From Longimicrobiales bacterium (GTDB lineage: Bacteria > Gemmatimonadota > Gemmatimonadetes > Longimicrobiales > Gaopeijiaceae), in contig OZ250165.1 in assembly GCA_965238005.1 (NCBI GenBank), positions 3,200,001 to 3,264,000 of the forward strand: a stretch of DNA of 64,000 bases. The letters are read 5' to 3'. The notes below the pieces were generated by a model. The model was not told the origin of the DNA. It was given only the letters and a program-made list of their open reading frames with translations, and ran no database searches. This document shows, in pieces, positions 1-9,857 of the stretch. Position 1 is the stretch's first letter. Every line of letters begins with the position of its first letter. A program made the translations under genes and the position numbers.

Positions 1-637
1 CACGCTCCGATAGCACGGCATGACACTCGTCGTAGCAGGAACGTCCGTGGATCGAGATGAACAGCAGCGTCTCTTCCGAAAGTAGGTCACCGGCGCCTCG
101 CAGCACCGCCGCCTCACTTCCCTCTACGTCGATCTTCAGGATGTCCGGTGTCGACAGACCCTCCTCGACCTTCAGACTCTGCAGCGTGGCCACGCGCACA
201 CGCTCACTCCCCTGGCCCAGGCGAAAGGTGATGGACGAGCCCCGCCCTCCGAACTGATCGTGGCCGTCCCGGTCACTCACGGCCACCGGGAGAATCCGGA
301 CGTTGGTGAGCTCGTTCCAGTCGATGTGCGTTCGGAGGAACCAGAGATTCGTCCGGGAGGGCTCGAAGGCCACAACCGATCCGGTGGGACCGACTCGCCG
401 AGCCAGCGCCATCGCCACATAGCCCTTGTGAGCACCGATATCCCAAACCTGGTCTCCCGGATTCACGAGGGTGTGGAGTGCCTGGATCCGGCCGGCTTCG
501 AACCGGCCTGCGCGGTAGCCCCGGCCCGAGCTGGCGAGGCTCCATTTGAGACCTTGGTTCGGGCCGGACCTGATTCGGACCGGCATGTGGCGCACCAGCC
601 TGGCCCCAGCCGCCCTGAGGGAGTAGGGGAGTCTCAT
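1..637 (-). CDS. FkbM-family SAM-dependent methyltransferase (3' end outside window; absent from ORF track)
   Basis: Manual translation from ATG 637 is open to position 1: MRLPYSLRAAG...VWDIGAHKGY...VVAFEPS...PDILKIDVEGSE, typical FkbM motifs. Confidence 0.85.
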   Translation of the reverse strand, partial: MRLPYSLRAAGARLVRHMPVRIRSGPNQGLKWSLASSGRGYRAGRFEAGRIQALHTLVNPGDQVWDIGAHKGYVAMALARRVGPTGSVVAFEPSRTNLWFLRTHIDWNELTNVRILPVAVSDRDGHDQFGGRGSSITFRLGQGSERVRVATLQSLKVEEGLSTPDILKIDVEGSEAAVLRGAGDLLSEETLLFISIHGRSCYDECHAVLSER

Positions 638-661
638 GGTCCGATCAAGTCAGACTGAGCG

Positions 662-1396
662 TTACGACAACCGCTTGGCGATCCAGACCGTCCGGAACAC
701 TGCCGTGCCTACCGTCCCGACCGCGACGAGCCCGAGGATTCCGGTGAGCAACGTCCCGGGAGCCCAGCCGGCCCATTCGCTCACGGCCGGATCGAGGACG
801 CCGCCGAACCCGATCAGGAGGAGCCGTTCGGCTCGCTGCATGACACCCAGCTTGCACGCCACGCCGACGCTCTCGCCCCTCGCCCGGGCATAGCTCACCA
901 ATAGGGATCCGCCCAGCGCGGTGACGGCCAGTGTCAGCGCCAGCGTCGAGTCGCGCAAGAAGACGGCCAGGCCGATGAACGCGCCGACCTCCGCGAAACG
1001 ATCGAGCGTGGCGTCCAGAAAGGCCCCACGCTCGTCCGCCATCCCTCGCGCCCGCGCGACTCGGCCGTCCAGCACGTCCGCCGCGCCGCCCAGGAGCACC
1101 CCCCAGCCCCCGAGGTTCACGTATCCGAGTCCGAAGCACACACCTGCCGCGATGCCGAACGCAGCGCCGAGCAGGTTGAACGCGGTCGGCGAGAGCCTGA
1201 GCGCCCCGGATACGAGCTCGACCGGCCGGATAAACCAGTAGAACCAGCTTCGCACGAAGCTCCCAAGCACGAAGCCCCCCCGGTCCGACACGTCGTGGGG
1301 GTCTTTGGCCTTCCGCCCGGGGCTCAACGCGTAGACGGGCATCGAGCCCACGGCCACGCCGAGGATGAACAGCAGGACGACGAAGTCCGTTCTCAT
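662..1396 (-). CDS. CDP-alcohol phosphatidyltransferase family protein
   Basis: Motif DVLDGRVAR...GAFLDATLDR; TM helices; start ATG 1396 overlaps upstream stop (ATGA). Confidence 0.9.
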   Translation of the reverse strand: MRTDFVVLLFILGVAVGSMPVYALSPGRKAKDPHDVSDRGGFVLGSFVRSWFYWFIRPVELVSGALRLSPTAFNLLGAAFGIAAGVCFGLGYVNLGGWGVLLGGAADVLDGRVARARGMADERGAFLDATLDRFAEVGAFIGLAVFLRDSTLALTLAVTALGGSLLVSYARARGESVGVACKLGVMQRAERLLLIGFGGVLDPAVSEWAGWAPGTLLTGILGLVAVGTVGTAVFRTVWIAKRLS

Positions 1397-2391
1397 TTCG
1401 AGATCTCTCGCGGAGGACGGGTCAGGAGGATCTTGATCGCGCGCGGCCACAGGAAGATAAGGGGCAACTTCCGCTCGAGCGTGGTCAGGTGGATGGGGCG
1501 GCCCGTGTGGCGCTCCACCTTCCGCACCACGTACGGCAGCCAGTTGGCGAAGGTCAGGATGTGCTTGAACCAGCGAAGCGTGGCGCGGACCTTCGAGCGC
1601 CGGAAATGGCGACGCCAACGTCGGCGAACATGTGCCGGTGCGGGGTCGGCCAGCACAAACGCCTGGCCCTCCCGGCGCAGGACGCCGTCCTCCTCACCCC
1701 GCGCGAGCACCGCGCCGAACTGCTCCCGAAAATGGCCGTCCTGGGCATGGGAGAGCCGGTCGGGCCGGCCCCGTGACTCGGGCCGGAGCTCGCCCTGGTA
1801 GCAGACCTCGAGCATGCGGCGGCCGAACCCCGCAGCGTCCACGGGCGCGTCGAGGTACGGGACCATCCATTCGAGCACGCGGCCGCGCGCGCCGGCCAGC
1901 TGCGCATCGATCCAGGACTCGTCCTCTGGACTCGCGATCCACACCTTCCCCAGCATCTGGACCATGCGCCCCAGCAGGAAGTGGTCGGGCGGCTCGGATC
2001 CGAGCGCCTTCGTGAGATGATCCCGGCTGACGATCACGCACTTCGCGATACCCTCCCCGCCCTCGTTCGGAGCGAACGCGATGACGTTGGGGGGCAGCAC
2101 ACGTGCCATCTGTGTCATCAGCCATACGGGACGGTGCAACTCTCCAGCGGCGCTGAGCCCCGAGAAGAACGACGCGTAGTCTCCCACCACCACGACGAAG
2201 TCGAAGGCGCTGTGCGGGTCGGGGCTGGCGTCGGTCAGGTGGGATCCGTAGAGGAGGATCACGCGGACCGACGAGCCCATCGTACCCACGAGGGCCGCCG
2301 CCAGCTCACCGGCGCCGGGCCAGGGCAGAGCGGATTGTCCGAGGGGTCGAGCGGAGCCCGTCGAGCCCACGTCCTCGGGCATGTCGCTCAC
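1393..2391 (-). CDS. Nucleotidyltransferase-fold protein, putative Tam41/Mmp37-like phosphatidate cytidylyltransferase
   Basis: LYGS...AFDFVVVV NTase signature, later KCVIVS...FLLGRMVQ; translationally coupled between plsC-like and CDP-alcohol transferase genes. Confidence 0.55.
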   Translation of the reverse strand: MSDMPEDVGSTGSARPLGQSALPWPGAGELAAALVGTMGSSVRVILLYGSHLTDASPDPHSAFDFVVVVGDYASFFSGLSAAGELHRPVWLMTQMARVLPPNVIAFAPNEGGEGIAKCVIVSRDHLTKALGSEPPDHFLLGRMVQMLGKVWIASPEDESWIDAQLAGARGRVLEWMVPYLDAPVDAAGFGRRMLEVCYQGELRPESRGRPDRLSHAQDGHFREQFGAVLARGEEDGVLRREGQAFVLADPAPAHVRRRWRRHFRRSKVRATLRWFKHILTFANWLPYVVRKVERHTGRPIHLTTLERKLPLIFLWPRAIKILLTRPPREISK

Positions 2392-3158
2392 GCGACCGGC
2401 GCTCCGGCGCGCATGTCGGCGAGTGTCCGGACCATCATCTCACGTACTTGGTCGATGAACGGCCACTCATCGGCCTCCGGATCCGTCCAGTTCAGGACGC
2501 CGGCCAGCTCCACGCGTCCCCGGAGCTTTGAGACCCCTCCGACGAAGTCCTTGAACTTCGCCACATGCCAGAAGCCGTCGGCGACCAGGACGTATACCCT
2601 CCACGGCCGGGCCCTCAGGATCACTCTCATTCCAGAGGCCCTGAACTTCCCGATCTCGCCGTCCTTCGTGCGCGTTCCTTCGGGGAAGAGCGCCAGCGGC
2701 ACCTCGGAGGTACGGGCCGCTTCGCGCAGCTCCTCAAGGGCTGTCCGCATCTCCGAGGGCGTTCCCCTGGGGTTCACCGTCGGATATTGATAGAGCCTCG
2801 TCATATGCGAGATTTGCGGGATCCACCTGGTGTATCGCATCCGGGTTACGATCCGGGGGTGTCCGGGCCATACGGACTGCACGACCATCGGGATGTCGAA
2901 CATCGACTGGTGGTTCATGAGGATGAGGACCCCAGGCTCGAAGGGGATCTTCGGGGGGACCGGAAGTTGCGCCCCGCCGATGACCGACACGGGCCGCGTG
3001 ACCAGCCAGGCCATGGTATGTATCCACCGGCTGAGGATCGCAATCCGACGCGAGGGCCGAAGCCAGGTCCACGGTGCGATGACCAACCGTTGGGCCAGGT
3101 CGGCTGCGAGGAGGCAGAGGCACACGAATGCCACGGCCAGATATCCTCTGAGTTTCAC
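2388..3158 (-). CDS. Lysophospholipid acyltransferase (PlsC family)
   Basis: NHQSMFD (HX4D) and FPEGTR motifs. Confidence 0.9.
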   Translation of the reverse strand: MKLRGYLAVAFVCLCLLAADLAQRLVIAPWTWLRPSRRIAILSRWIHTMAWLVTRPVSVIGGAQLPVPPKIPFEPGVLILMNHQSMFDIPMVVQSVWPGHPRIVTRMRYTRWIPQISHMTRLYQYPTVNPRGTPSEMRTALEELREAARTSEVPLALFPEGTRTKDGEIGKFRASGMRVILRARPWRVYVLVADGFWHVAKFKDFVGGVSKLRGRVELAGVLNWTDPEADEWPFIDQVREMMVRTLADMRAGAPVA

Positions 3159-3231
3159 GCGGGGCGCCTCCGTCGCGACGGGGGGATCCGGTTCTGGACC
3201 TCCCTCTGATACTCATCGCGCCCCTGCGCGC

Positions 3232-3782
3232 TCAGCGCCCGGGCGTCATGATGTGGGCGGTGATCGTGCCGGCGCTCATGATCCACGCCCACCTGCACTG
3301 GAGTTGTCCGGGAAGCCGGTGGATTCGGTGGTGGCGCCCGGCACGGCGATGGTCGTGTGGATGCGCGCACTCTCCTGATCGGGGCCGTTCATGGCGATCC
3401 ACAAGGACCCATACTCGGGCAGCACCCGTGTGCCGTCCTCCTCGGCGGCTGTCAGCATAGCGCGCATCTCGTCGCCATTCTCGCTCTCCGCCTCGAACCG
3501 CCGGTTTCGCGCGAGTCTGTCCAGGTTCGCCACACTCGTGCACTGTACGGCGAACGGCTGGCGGTCGGGCTCACCGGACCGGTCGTAGCAGACCAGCCGG
3601 TTCGTGCCCTCCTTGAGGGTCTCGTAGGTGTGGTCGGCGTTCCACTTGATGACCGCCGCACCGTCACGGGCCCTTGTCGGCGCCGCCGCCAGCGCGCGAT
3701 CGATCGTTTCCGCCACAGTTTGCGCGTTCGCGCTGGCCGAGACCGACAGCAGGCCGGCGACAACGAGGATGATGCGCTTTAT
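3232..3782 (-). pseudogene. Secreted hypothetical protein with ATA in start position and a frameshift near 3290
   Basis: GGAGG RBS then ATA-AAG-CGC (IKRIILVVAGLLSVSASANAQ signal peptide); C-terminus AWIMSAGTITAHIMTPGR lies in another frame after a G run. Confidence 0.55.
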
Positions 3783-3950
3783 TGGGTGACCTCCATTCGA
3801 CTCATTGGCACACACCCGAGACCGGTCACTCCCACCATGCCTAGGGGGGCTACACATTAGGCAGGACGCTTCCTGTTGGCGAGTGTCGCATCGGCTGGAG
3901 GCAGGGAGTAGAAGCTCCGCGCTACCCGTCGGGGGGTTCGTCGGAGCGCC

Positions 3951-6656
3951 CTATCCCTCCCGCAGGGTGATCGCCGGATCCACGCTGGCCGCTCGCCACG
4001 CGGGTACGAAGCTCGCGACGCCGGCCACCAGCAAGGCCGTGAGTGGCATCGCGACGAACACGCCTGCGTCCAGCGCGCTCACGCCGTAGAGCAGTGACTC
4101 GAGGAACCGGGTTACACCGCCAGCGAGGAGGAGCCCAAAAACCGATCCTGCGACGGCCAGACTGAGGCCCTGTCGCACCACCATGCGGACCACGTCGCGC
4201 CGGGTCGCCCCCAGGGCCATGCGCACACCGACCTCGCGGGTCCGCTGGGCGACGAGGAACGACATGACGGCGTAGAGCCCCACGGACGCCAGCAGCAGCC
4301 CGAGCCCGCCGGCGATCGAAAGCAGCCACGAGGCGATCCGCTGAGGCAGGAGCGTACTCGCGATGGCCTCGTTCATGGTCCGGAGCGACGAGATCGGCAG
4401 CCGGGAGTTCATCGCCAGGACCTCGGACCGGATCGGCCCCAGGAGATCCTCGGCGTGATCCGGGGCCGTGGGCGCGATGAGCGTTTGCGCGGCCGAGGGA
4501 TTCTGCGCCAAGGGAGTGAAGAACGCCTCACGCGTCTCCTCGCTGAGCGTGCGGTAGGAGGCGTTGGCGGCAAGGCCCACGACCTGCGCATCGTTGCCGC
4601 CCAAGGTCACCAGCTTACCCAACGGGTCTTCACCCGGCCAGAAGTGTTGTGCGAACGCCTCGTTGACGATCACCGCAGGTGCACCGTCGGCCCTGTCCTC
4701 GGCCGTGAACTCCCGTCCGGAGCGGAGGGGGCTCTGCAGCGTGGCGAAATACCCTGGACTCACCGTGAAGAACTGGTACTCCATGTCCTCGCCCTCGAGC
4801 GGCGTGTAGTCCGGGATGCCGACCCCCCTGCGCCGGCCCGCGGCGATCGTCAGAGGCAGAGCGTCGGCCAGAGCCGTGGACTCCACTCCCGGCAGCGCCG
4901 CGACCCGCTCGTTCAGCTGCGCGAAGAAGAGCTCGGCCTCCTCCAGGCTGAAGCCCTCGCGAGCCAGGCTGAGCGCGACCGTCGAAAGCCCGTCCGGCTC
5001 GAAGCCGACGTCCACCCGCATGGCGGACTGTAGGCTCTTGAGAAAAAGGCCCGCGCCCACCAGAAGGACCAGCGAGGCCGAGATCTGGGCCACCACCAGC
5101 AGGTTCTTGAGGCTGAACGAGTGGCGTGCCGTGCCCGCTCCATCGCCGCCCTCCTTGAGGTCGGTCACCAGGTCGGGGCGTGAGGCACGAAGGGCGGGAA
5201 GCAGTCCGACCGCCACCACAGTGACCATCGTCACGCCGATGCTGAACAACAGCACCGCACCGTCGACTCCGAGGTCCAGCGAAATCGAGATGCCGGTTGC
5301 GGGACGATAGGACTCGGCGAATCGCACACCGGCATGGGTCAGGCCCGCACCCGCCAGTCCACCTACCACTCCAATGATCCCGCTCTCCGCCAGCAACTGC
5401 CTGATGATGCGGACCCGGCCGGCGCCGAGCGAAAGGCGCACGGCCAGCTCGCGGTTGCGGCGGGAAGCCCGTGCGAGCGTCAGGTTCGCGACGTTGGCGC
5501 ACCCGAGCAGCAGAACGATCCCCGTGACCGCCATCAGAAACGCCGCAAAGCCGTTCGCCGCCGTCTGCACCTGCGGAGGCAGACGCGAGTCCTTTACGAC
5601 GGTGACGCGGCGTCCCTGCTCGCGCACGTCCGTCCAGGATCCGGGGTCTTCCTCGAGAAGCTGAGCAGCCACGACACTGAGCTGGGCCTGGACGGCTTCG
5701 AGGCTCACGCCCTCGCGCAGGCGCGCGCGCACCAGAGAGCCGCGGCGACCTCTACGTTGGAAGGACGCATCCCCCTGCATCAGCGCCTGCGTCGAGACCG
5801 GAATCCAGAAGTAGGGCGTGACCAGCGGGAGAGACCCCATGAACCCCTCGGGAGCGACACCGACGATCGTGACCGTCTGCCCCGACAGTCGTAGAGTGCG
5901 ACCCAACACCTGCGGGTCGGAGCCGAGCGCACGCTCCCAGAGACCCTCGCTGATGACCGCGACCGAGGCCCCGGACGAATAGTCCCCCTCTTGTTCCGTG
6001 AACCAACGGCCGAGACGAGGTCTCACGCCGAGAACGTCGAAGTAGTTGCCGCTCACGAACTCGGCCAGCCGGATCTGCGTGACACCATCCTCGCCCGTCA
6101 TGTTCACCACGCCGGGGCTGACGGCGAGCGCGTCCTCGATTCCGGGAGGACGGTCCCGGTAGTCCTCGTAATCCATGTAGGACGACGTACCGAAGGGCGG
6201 GCCCGAAAAGTCCGACGTCCAGATCGTGACGAGCTCGTCCGGGTTCACGATGTGCTCGGGCGCGCGCAGGAGGACGCCGTTGATCAGGCTGAAGATCGCC
6301 GTGTTGGCGCCGATGCCGAGAGCCAAAGTGAGCACCCCGACCACCGTGAATCCCCGCGCCTTCGAAAGCGAGCGCAGCGCAAAGCCTAGGTCCTGGACTA
6401 TCCCCTCCATCAGATTCCCCCTCGAGTTCGTTCTCTCCCTATCCAGACGCACCGACCGGAGCCGCATCGCCAGTTCCAAGACATCCGCGAAGCCACGGAA
6501 CCAGCCGAAGATCCACACCGGCACCCCGCGTCGCCGATGGACTCCGAGGGCTTCGAAGAACAGCACCTCCATCTCGGCCCCGTGCTTGGCCCGAAACTCG
6601 GGCGGCAGGAGTCGGAGGAGGAGTCGGTAGGCCGAACGGCCCAACCCGTGGATCAT
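3951..6656 (-). CDS. ABC permease, duplicated MacB/FtsX domains (ADOP-type)
   Basis: LALGIGANTAIFS, LLLGCANVANL, QRTREVGVRMALGA motifs; coupled to PadR gene. Confidence 0.9.
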   Translation of the reverse strand: MIHGLGRSAYRLLLRLLPPEFRAKHGAEMEVLFFEALGVHRRRGVPVWIFGWFRGFADVLELAMRLRSVRLDRERTNSRGNLMEGIVQDLGFALRSLSKARGFTVVGVLTLALGIGANTAIFSLINGVLLRAPEHIVNPDELVTIWTSDFSGPPFGTSSYMDYEDYRDRPPGIEDALAVSPGVVNMTGEDGVTQIRLAEFVSGNYFDVLGVRPRLGRWFTEQEGDYSSGASVAVISEGLWERALGSDPQVLGRTLRLSGQTVTIVGVAPEGFMGSLPLVTPYFWIPVSTQALMQGDASFQRRGRRGSLVRARLREGVSLEAVQAQLSVVAAQLLEEDPGSWTDVREQGRRVTVVKDSRLPPQVQTAANGFAAFLMAVTGIVLLLGCANVANLTLARASRRNRELAVRLSLGAGRVRIIRQLLAESGIIGVVGGLAGAGLTHAGVRFAESYRPATGISISLDLGVDGAVLLFSIGVTMVTVVAVGLLPALRASRPDLVTDLKEGGDGAGTARHSFSLKNLLVVAQISASLVLLVGAGLFLKSLQSAMRVDVGFEPDGLSTVALSLAREGFSLEEAELFFAQLNERVAALPGVESTALADALPLTIAAGRRRGVGIPDYTPLEGEDMEYQFFTVSPGYFATLQSPLRSGREFTAEDRADGAPAVIVNEAFAQHFWPGEDPLGKLVTLGGNDAQVVGLAANASYRTLSEETREAFFTPLAQNPSAAQTLIAPTAPDHAEDLLGPIRSEVLAMNSRLPISSLRTMNEAIASTLLPQRIASWLLSIAGGLGLLLASVGLYAVMSFLVAQRTREVGVRMALGATRRDVVRMVVRQGLSLAVAGSVFGLLLAGGVTRFLESLLYGVSALDAGVFVAMPLTALLVAGVASFVPAWRAASVDPAITLREG

Positions 6657-7033
6657 GTGGCCGCTTCGCCCGAGGTCACCCTCTCCAGCGCCACGCTGGC
6701 GAGCGACTGAAGTCGGTTGGCTTCGGCGGCCAGGATGCGAGCCCCCGACGGCGTGATACGGTAGAAGCGCTTCTTCTCGCTCTCGCCCTTGGGCCGCTCA
6801 GCGGGTTCGGTCAGCTCCGAGATCCAACCCTTGGCCGCGACATCCTCCAGCGAGCCGTACAGCGTGGCAGGCCAAAGGCGCAGCTTGCCGTCCGTCTGCT
6901 CGAGCACCGCGCGCACGATTCCCGAGCCGTGACGTGCCTTTTCGGAAAGGGCGAGGAGGATATGGAACCACTGTGGCTTCAGGGGCAGCGAGTCCTCGAT
7001 CCGCCCTCCGTCGCGTCGGTCATTGTGTTCCAC
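6653..7033 (-). CDS. PadR-family transcriptional regulator
   Basis: FHILLAL...RHGSGI...WPATLYGSL...KRFYRIT; GTG start 9 nt after GGAG. Confidence 0.85.
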   Translation of the reverse strand: MEHNDRRDGGRIEDSLPLKPQWFHILLALSEKARHGSGIVRAVLEQTDGKLRLWPATLYGSLEDVAAKGWISELTEPAERPKGESEKKRFYRITPSGARILAAEANRLQSLASVALERVTSGEAAT

Positions 7034-7048
7034 GGCATGTTTCTCCGT

Positions 7049-7081
7049 ATGATACTGTACAGTATTATATGGAACAGTATA
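7049..7081. promoter_or_regulatory. Palindromic operator/promoter upstream of padR (probable PadR site)
   Basis: Perfect palindrome ATACTGTACAGTAT 7052-7065 plus a second half-site ACAGTAT; TATAAT on minus strand 7064-7069. Confidence 0.6.
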
Positions 7082-7204
7082 ACATGGGCGGGGCAAGGGG
7101 TGCTCAACTTGCCATTCCCCTGCCAATTCGCTCGATTACGGAGCCTCGTACGCCATACTCGTCATTTCGGTCGCGCTCGTTCCTCTTGCCAACGGAGGCC
7201 CAAC

Positions 7205-8362
7205 ATGAGAGGAGCCGCCCCCCCAGTCCGCCTCCGGCTAATCGCCGTACTCTTCCTGGTGCTTTTCTGGGCTGCCTGTTCGGACCAGGCGTCCGGTCCC
7301 GCCGCCCCCGACGGCCCCACCGCCCCGGCGGTGACACAACTGGAGATCGAGCGGCAGCTGCCGAGCGCGCTCAGCCTCCAGGGTCGACTCACAAACGACC
7401 TCCTGGCTTTGCCCGGGGTGGCAGGCACCGCCGTCGCGCTCGGCGAGGACGGACTTCCCACTGTCGTTGCCCTCGTGGAGCACGGCGGCGTGCGCGTGAT
7501 CGTCACCGGCAAGTTTAGCGCGCTCGACTGGCAGGCGCAGCCGCAGGGGAAGCCCGTCTGCGGCAAGGGGAAGCTGCCGGACTGTGACCCAGGAGACCCC
7601 CCCGACGACCCCAACCCGGACCCGCCCCCGACCGCACGCTTTGACCGTCCGGTGCCCATCGGCATCTCGACCGGGCATCCCGACATTACGGCCGGGACCA
7701 TCGGCGCGCGCGTCACGGACGGAACCGACGTTTGGGCCCTGAGCAACAACCACGTGTACGCCGACCCCCTTGGCGACGCCTCAGAAGGCGACGCGGTCAT
7801 CCAACCCGGCACCTTCGACGGGGGCTCGCTTCCGCTCGACTCAATCGGCACTCTGGACGACTTCGAGGGACTCAACATCTTCGGCGCGTGCAGCACCATC
7901 GATACCAACGATGTCGACAGCACCAACGTCATGGACGCCGCTATCGCGCTCTCGAGCGAGGCCCTGCTGGGCAACGCCACACCGAGCGCCGGGTACGGCA
8001 CGCCCCAGTCAACGACGGTGCCGGTGAACGAGGTGCTCCTCAAAATGAAGGTGAAGAAGTTCGCCCGCACCACCGGTCTGACGAAGGGTCAGGTGGCCGC
8101 GATCAACGCAATCGTGACCGTGGGCTACGGCGCCGCGGGACTCGCTTGCTTCACTGGCCAGATCATCATCAGCCCGGGGACGTTCAGCGCCGGCGGCGAC
8201 TCGGGGGGGCTGGTCGTGGTCGACGGCAAGGGCCGTTCGAGAGGCGACGACCGCAAGCCGGTAGGGCTCCTCTTTGCCGGGTCGTTCACCCATACGATCA
8301 TCAGCCCGATCGATCCGATCCTTTTCGAATTGGGCGATGTGACGATCGACGGGGAAAACTAG
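7205..8362 (+). CDS. Trypsin-like (S1) serine protease lipoprotein with N-terminal pro-domain
   Basis: GGAGG+ATG 7205; lipobox WAAC; SNNHV, DAA, GDSGG catalytic motifs. Confidence 0.8.
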   Translation: MRGAAPPVRLRLIAVLFLVLFWAACSDQASGPAAPDGPTAPAVTQLEIERQLPSALSLQGRLTNDLLALPGVAGTAVALGEDGLPTVVALVEHGGVRVIVTGKFSALDWQAQPQGKPVCGKGKLPDCDPGDPPDDPNPDPPPTARFDRPVPIGISTGHPDITAGTIGARVTDGTDVWALSNNHVYADPLGDASEGDAVIQPGTFDGGSLPLDSIGTLDDFEGLNIFGACSTIDTNDVDSTNVMDAAIALSSEALLGNATPSAGYGTPQSTTVPVNEVLLKMKVKKFARTTGLTKGQVAAINAIVTVGYGAAGLACFTGQIIISPGTFSAGGDSGGLVVVDGKGRSRGDDRKPVGLLFAGSFTHTIISPIDPILFELGDVTIDGEN

Positions 8363-8390
8363 GCGGGACTCGGGCCCGCTCGGAGCTTCG

Positions 8391-8786
8391 ATGGCCGATC
8401 AGCGGAGGCCCGTAGCCGGGACCCCGTGCCTTACGGCACTGCTCCTTTGGAGCGCCGTATCGTGCGGGGGGCCCGGAGCCGACCCTGCGCCGGCGGGTGA
8501 GTCCTCGGCCGGGGAGGACACGAGCGCGGGCCCCACGGGGGAGGCCATCATGCCGGACAGCACCATCATCGGCGCTCAGGAAGAGCTCACCAAGACGGTG
8601 ATGGCGCTGCCCGGTGTCACCGGGACGGCGGTGGGCCTCTGCGGCGGCACGGTGTGCATCAAGGTCTACCTGACGCGGCCAGACCAGACCGTGATGGAAC
8701 AGATTCCCGAGACCTTCGGGGGGTTCAAGGTCGACGTCGAGGTCTCCGGCGAGATCAGGGCACGCGAGGGCGGAACGTCCCGGTAG
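8391..8786 (+). CDS. Small lipoprotein resembling the protease pro-domain
   Basis: Lipobox AVSC; ALPGVTGTAVG...VDVEVSG parallels ALPGVAGTAVA...VRVIVTG in upstream protease. Confidence 0.65.
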   Translation: MADQRRPVAGTPCLTALLLWSAVSCGGPGADPAPAGESSAGEDTSAGPTGEAIMPDSTIIGAQEELTKTVMALPGVTGTAVGLCGGTVCIKVYLTRPDQTVMEQIPETFGGFKVDVEVSGEIRAREGGTSR

Positions 8787-9018
8787 GGAGCGCTGGTCGG
8801 CATTCCAGTCGCGTATCAATGGGTCGGGCGCCGTGCACCGAGGTCAAGTCATACGTATTCCCGTCCTTTGTCTGGCGATAGTTGTGAAGGGTCGCCCCAA
8901 GGACCATGGGATGGGCATACGTATGACTAGAGTCACGTCGTACGTATTGGATCGCGGGGCTTCGCGTCGGAGCGCCTTGGACCGTTGAGCGGCATGGCAA
9001 CAGAACGTTGTTTAGGGG

Positions 9019-9054
9019 TTGCATCGCGCCGCATATTCAAGTATTCTATAGAAT
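9019..9054 (+). promoter_or_regulatory. Sigma70-type promoter with overlapping palindromic operator
   Basis: TTGCAT(9019-9024)-N17-TATTCT(9042-9047); palindrome ATTCTATAGAAT 9043-9054. Confidence 0.6.
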
Positions 9055-9099
9055 TATAGAAACAATAGAGCAGATCCACCTCCACAGGGGCGACGAACC

Positions 9100-9771
9100 A
9101 TCGAACTGAAAGCCGCGAAGCTCGAGCTGTTCGAGCACTTTGCGCGCGTGGGCAAGGCCGTCGGGAGTCGACCGCGGCTCCTCCTACTGGACCTCTTGGC
9201 GCAGGGGGAGAAGACGGTGGAGACCCTCGCGCGTCAGGCCGGGCTCACGGTAGGGAATACCAGCGCTCACCTGAAGGGGCTTAGGCACGCGTCGCTCGTG
9301 TCCACTCGCAAGGAGGGAGCCCACGTCTATTACCGACTTGCCAGCCTCCGTGTCCACGAGTTTGTGCGGTCCTTGCAGGCCCTCGCGGGTGGGCAACTGG
9401 CCGAGGCGAGAGAGATCATCGACGACTACTTCCATGATCCGGACGTGCTGGAGCCGGTTCACTCCACCGATCTCCTCGATCGGTTGCGCGCCGGTGAAGT
9501 GACCGTGCTCGATGTACGTCCGCCGGATGAGTACGCGGCTGGACACATCCCCGGGGCGATTTCCATGCCGGTAGGCGAGATCCAACAGCGTTTGGCAGAG
9601 CTGCCGTCCGACGGAGAGATCGTCGCCTATTGCCGAGGTCCGTATTGCATCTACGCCGTTCGCGCGGTCGAGGCGCTTCGGAGGGTCGGGTTCCTAGCGC
9701 GGCGGCTGGAAGAAGGCATTCCTGATTGGACCATCCGCGGCCTGCCCGTGACGGTGGGCGCCGCACCTTGA
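9100..9771 (+). CDS. ArsR/SmtB-family regulator fused to rhodanese domain
   Basis: ArsR HTH, VLDVRP...GHIPGA, YCRGPYC; conserved-looking N-term AAKLELFEHFAR lies upstream of GTG 9148, so start is uncertain (ATC 9100/CTG 9106). Confidence 0.85.
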   Translation: MELKAAKLELFEHFARVGKAVGSRPRLLLLDLLAQGEKTVETLARQAGLTVGNTSAHLKGLRHASLVSTRKEGAHVYYRLASLRVHEFVRSLQALAGGQLAEAREIIDDYFHDPDVLEPVHSTDLLDRLRAGEVTVLDVRPPDEYAAGHIPGAISMPVGEIQQRLAELPSDGEIVAYCRGPYCIYAVRAVEALRRVGFLARRLEEGIPDWTIRGLPVTVGAAP

Positions 9772-9857
9772 CCATTCGTCAGACCTGACGAGTACCGGAC
9801 ACCAACGGATCCGAGACCTTAGCGAGTCCTGATCCTCAATCAATCGAGGGAGTAACG

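Noticed and set aside
3276..3278. TGA read-through (Sec) in the 3276-3857 ORF
   Set aside because: The continuation is in a different frame, with no Cys context or +22 GGT hairpin
9769..9791. Hairpin after the ArsR-rhodanese TGA as SECIS or terminator
   Set aside because: The protein is complete at this stop, the hairpin is too close to it, and there is no U tract
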